Part shown: positions 62,082-64,000 of the stretch, piece after piece
How positions within the stretch are numbered: the first letter of the stretch is position 1
Layout: every line of letters begins with the position of its first letter
NCBI GenBank assembly: GCA_022605425.2
Contig: CM061253.1
Coordinates: 124,001 to 188,000 of the forward strand
Direction: 5' to 3'
DNA length: 64,000 nucleotides
Source: Hamiltosporidium tvaerminnensis FI-OER-3-3
Taxonomy: Eukaryota > Fungi > Microsporidia
Program-made: the position numbers and the translations under genes
The notes under the pieces: generated by a model
Seen by the model: the letters and a program-made list of their open reading frames with translations, nothing else
Databases searched by the model: none
What the model was told of the DNA's origin: nothing

Positions 62082-64000
62082 ATGTGTGTAGAAATGTATT
62101 TTACGCGAATTTCAGAAAAAACTGCTTTGATAAAATGTCATTTAATATTTATGTTTCTCGTTTGCTTTCCTTTTCTGGTAAATTTAACAAAGATAGTGTT
62201 TTTTCTTGTAAACGAAGAAAATCGAATTTCGAATCTAGATATTTCGCATTCACTGTTGGAAAAAGGCATTCTTTGCACCGATTTTATATATCCAATGAAT
62301 GAAGAAGATAAATTTAGTGTTTTTAAAAATAATATTATATGTTTCCAATCAATATCAGAACAACCCAAATATTATATTCCAAAAATAGTAACAATACCTT
62401 ATAATAAAAATGCTTTACTCCAGTCAAATGTTCTGAAAAAAAATTACGAATGCAACCGAACAGATATTAGAATTATTTTAAAGGATGTTTCTTATCAATC
62501 TTTGCATATTTTTCTTAAATCAATAGAACATAGTGAGATTATTGTTAATAAACTTAGAATACAAGATTTTTTAGATATATTGATAATTATTTCTCTACTG
62601 GATATAGAAAATAACAAAAAAATATCAGATTTTATCAAAGAATTATTTATAAATCTTATTTTTTCAATGAAAAACGAAACTATACCATTTGATTTTGAAA
62701 AATATTATGACAGTCCGCATTTTGAGAAAATTAATAAATCAATGCTGATGAATCTATGGATACTTTTTATGAATATTATAACATTTAATGATAAAGCCAC
62801 AGTGCGAACTACCGTTCGTTCAGAGTTATACACAATGAGTTTTAAATTTATTGATGTCTTATTTTCATCAAAGGTTTTACCTCCAAAAAGTTTAGGAACA
62901 AAACTATATTTAAGATTAGACAAAACAAGCATTACACATATCTATAAGATAATAAATGTAGAGTATTTAATGAGAACATGGATTTTTCTACTCAAAATAT
63001 CAAATCTAGATATTCTTTATGTTATTTTCTTAGACCAAGAATCTTATGAGAAATCAGTCAAACTTTTTTCTAATATAACATGTAAAATAGAAAAGATTTA
63101 TGTGGTTTTTTTAGAAAGTTCTATAAAGTTGTTTTCAAACATAAATTTTTATATTCCTTGCAAAAGCTTAAAGGTATTCAAACTGAAATATGATTATTTC
63201 ACAACAGATGAAATAAAAAAGCTTTTAAAAATTTGCGATCCTTTACAATATATTACCATTAAAACAAAAAAATTGGATTATGAAAAATTAAATCTATTGG
63301 TAGATTTTTTTAAAAAAAATCCGGATAAATTCTGCAAGATTATATGTTGGATCTATGATATCTTGAACACAGATTCGGAATCACTATCGCACATCCCGAC
63401 TAATATTATATTTTATATCGATCAAATTAAAACAGGATCAAGTTATGAAAAAATACCTATAAAATATATGCCTTTTTTCCACAAACAACATTATTGTTAT
63501 AAACTAAAAGACAATGATGTTTTCCCAAATAATATTGTATTCTATGAATGCTCAAAGTTCATAGAAATAACATTAGATTTTACAGGCAGTTCAGTACCTT
63601 TTAAACTTAATAGTTCAATTTTTACATCAATGAGATACTTCAAAACCATAAAATATTTTTTTTTGGAAAATATCATAATTAGTGATGAATTGCTTTTGTA
63701 CGTTTTAGAATCAAATACAATTTTACTCTTAGTTGTTCAAAAATTTTGTATCGCTTCTAATTTAAAATTTCTTTCGAGAAATGATAAATTGATTAATCAA
63801 AGTGTAAACAATATTGTTTTAAAAGATTCATTATCGAATATTAATTGTAGTGTTTTTGATTATTTGAGTAGATTTAGACATTGTATCGGATTTAAACTTG
63901 TAAATGTATACGTTGATTATAGAGTTTCTTGTCTAAAAAATTTATACAATTTTTTTTTAAGTTCTTCTACCATAGAGTATGACAAAATATATATGGAAGC
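62082..64000 (+). CDS. Putatively secreted lineage-specific protein (LRR-like family), 3' end outside the window
   Basis: Manual translation stays open from ATG 62082 (after GGCCCAG; alternative ATG 62094) to the window edge, about 640 codons: MCVEMYFTRISEKTALIKCHLIFMFLVCFPFLVNLTKIVFFLVNEENRISNL... Paralogous to the 8766 pseudogene. Absent from the ORF track, presumably because it has no stop here. Confidence 0.85.
   Translation, partial: MCVEMYFTRISEKTALIKCHLIFMFLVCFPFLVNLTKIVFFLVNEENRISNLDISHSLLEKGILCTDFIYPMNEEDKFSVFKNNIICFQSISEQPKYYIPKIVTIPYNKNALLQSNVLKKNYECNRTDIRIILKDVSYQSLHIFLKSIEHSEIIVNKLRIQDFLDILIIISLLDIENNKKISDFIKELFINLIFSMKNETIPFDFEKYYDSPHFEKINKSMLMNLWILFMNIITFNDKATVRTTVRSELYTMSFKFIDVLFSSKVLPPKSLGTKLYLRLDKTSITHIYKIINVEYLMRTWIFLLKISNLDILYVIFLDQESYEKSVKLFSNITCKIEKIYVVFLESSIKLFSNINFYIPCKSLKVFKLKYDYFTTDEIKKLLKICDPLQYITIKTKKLDYEKLNLLVDFFKKNPDKFCKIICWIYDILNTDSESLSHIPTNIIFYIDQIKTGSSYEKIPIKYMPFFHKQHYCYKLKDNDVFPNNIVFYECSKFIEITLDFTGSSVPFKLNSSIFTSMRYFKTIKYFFLENIIISDELLLYVLESNTILLLVVQKFCIASNLKFLSRNDKLINQSVNNIVLKDSLSNINCSVFDYLSRFRHCIGFKLVNVYVDYRVSCLKNLYNFFLSSSTIEYDKIYME

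Noticed and set aside
1-64000. tRNA or rRNA genes
   Set aside because: No cloverleaf with A/B boxes or conserved rRNA segment recognised by eye; tRNAscan-SE and barrnap would be decisive.

Overview
AT-rich, gene-sparse eukaryotic DNA with no evident introns. Gene families, CCC motifs before start codons and AATAAA at stop codons suggest a large-genome microsporidian, possibly Hamiltosporidium-like (inference). Host genes: an ARMC8/Vid28-like armadillo protein split by a frameshift in an A9 run; a KIF21-like kinesin with C-terminal WD40; an 820-aa LRR protein; and two paralogues of a putatively secreted family (a pseudogene at 8.8-11.1 kb and an open ORF running off the right edge that the ORF track misses). 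Mobile DNA: three decayed R4/Dong-like RT+RLE non-LTR retrotransposons, a defective DD34E Tc1/IS630-like transposon with modular TIRs plus an orphan TIR, and two non-coding retroposon families with three copies each (a ~230-bp RTE-derived element and a ~715-bp structured-RNA element). The most unusual signals are (1) a ~4.6-kb domain around the kinesin gene saturated with one DNA motif, TAACACCCCT/AGGGGTGTTA, in periodic arrays of alternating orientation that produce both the NNTP and GVN protein repeats and the flanking non-coding arrays, and (2) the ~715-bp retroposed RNA with compensatory base changes, two copies of which appear to have swapped target-site duplications through an inversion. 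All alignments were done by eye.
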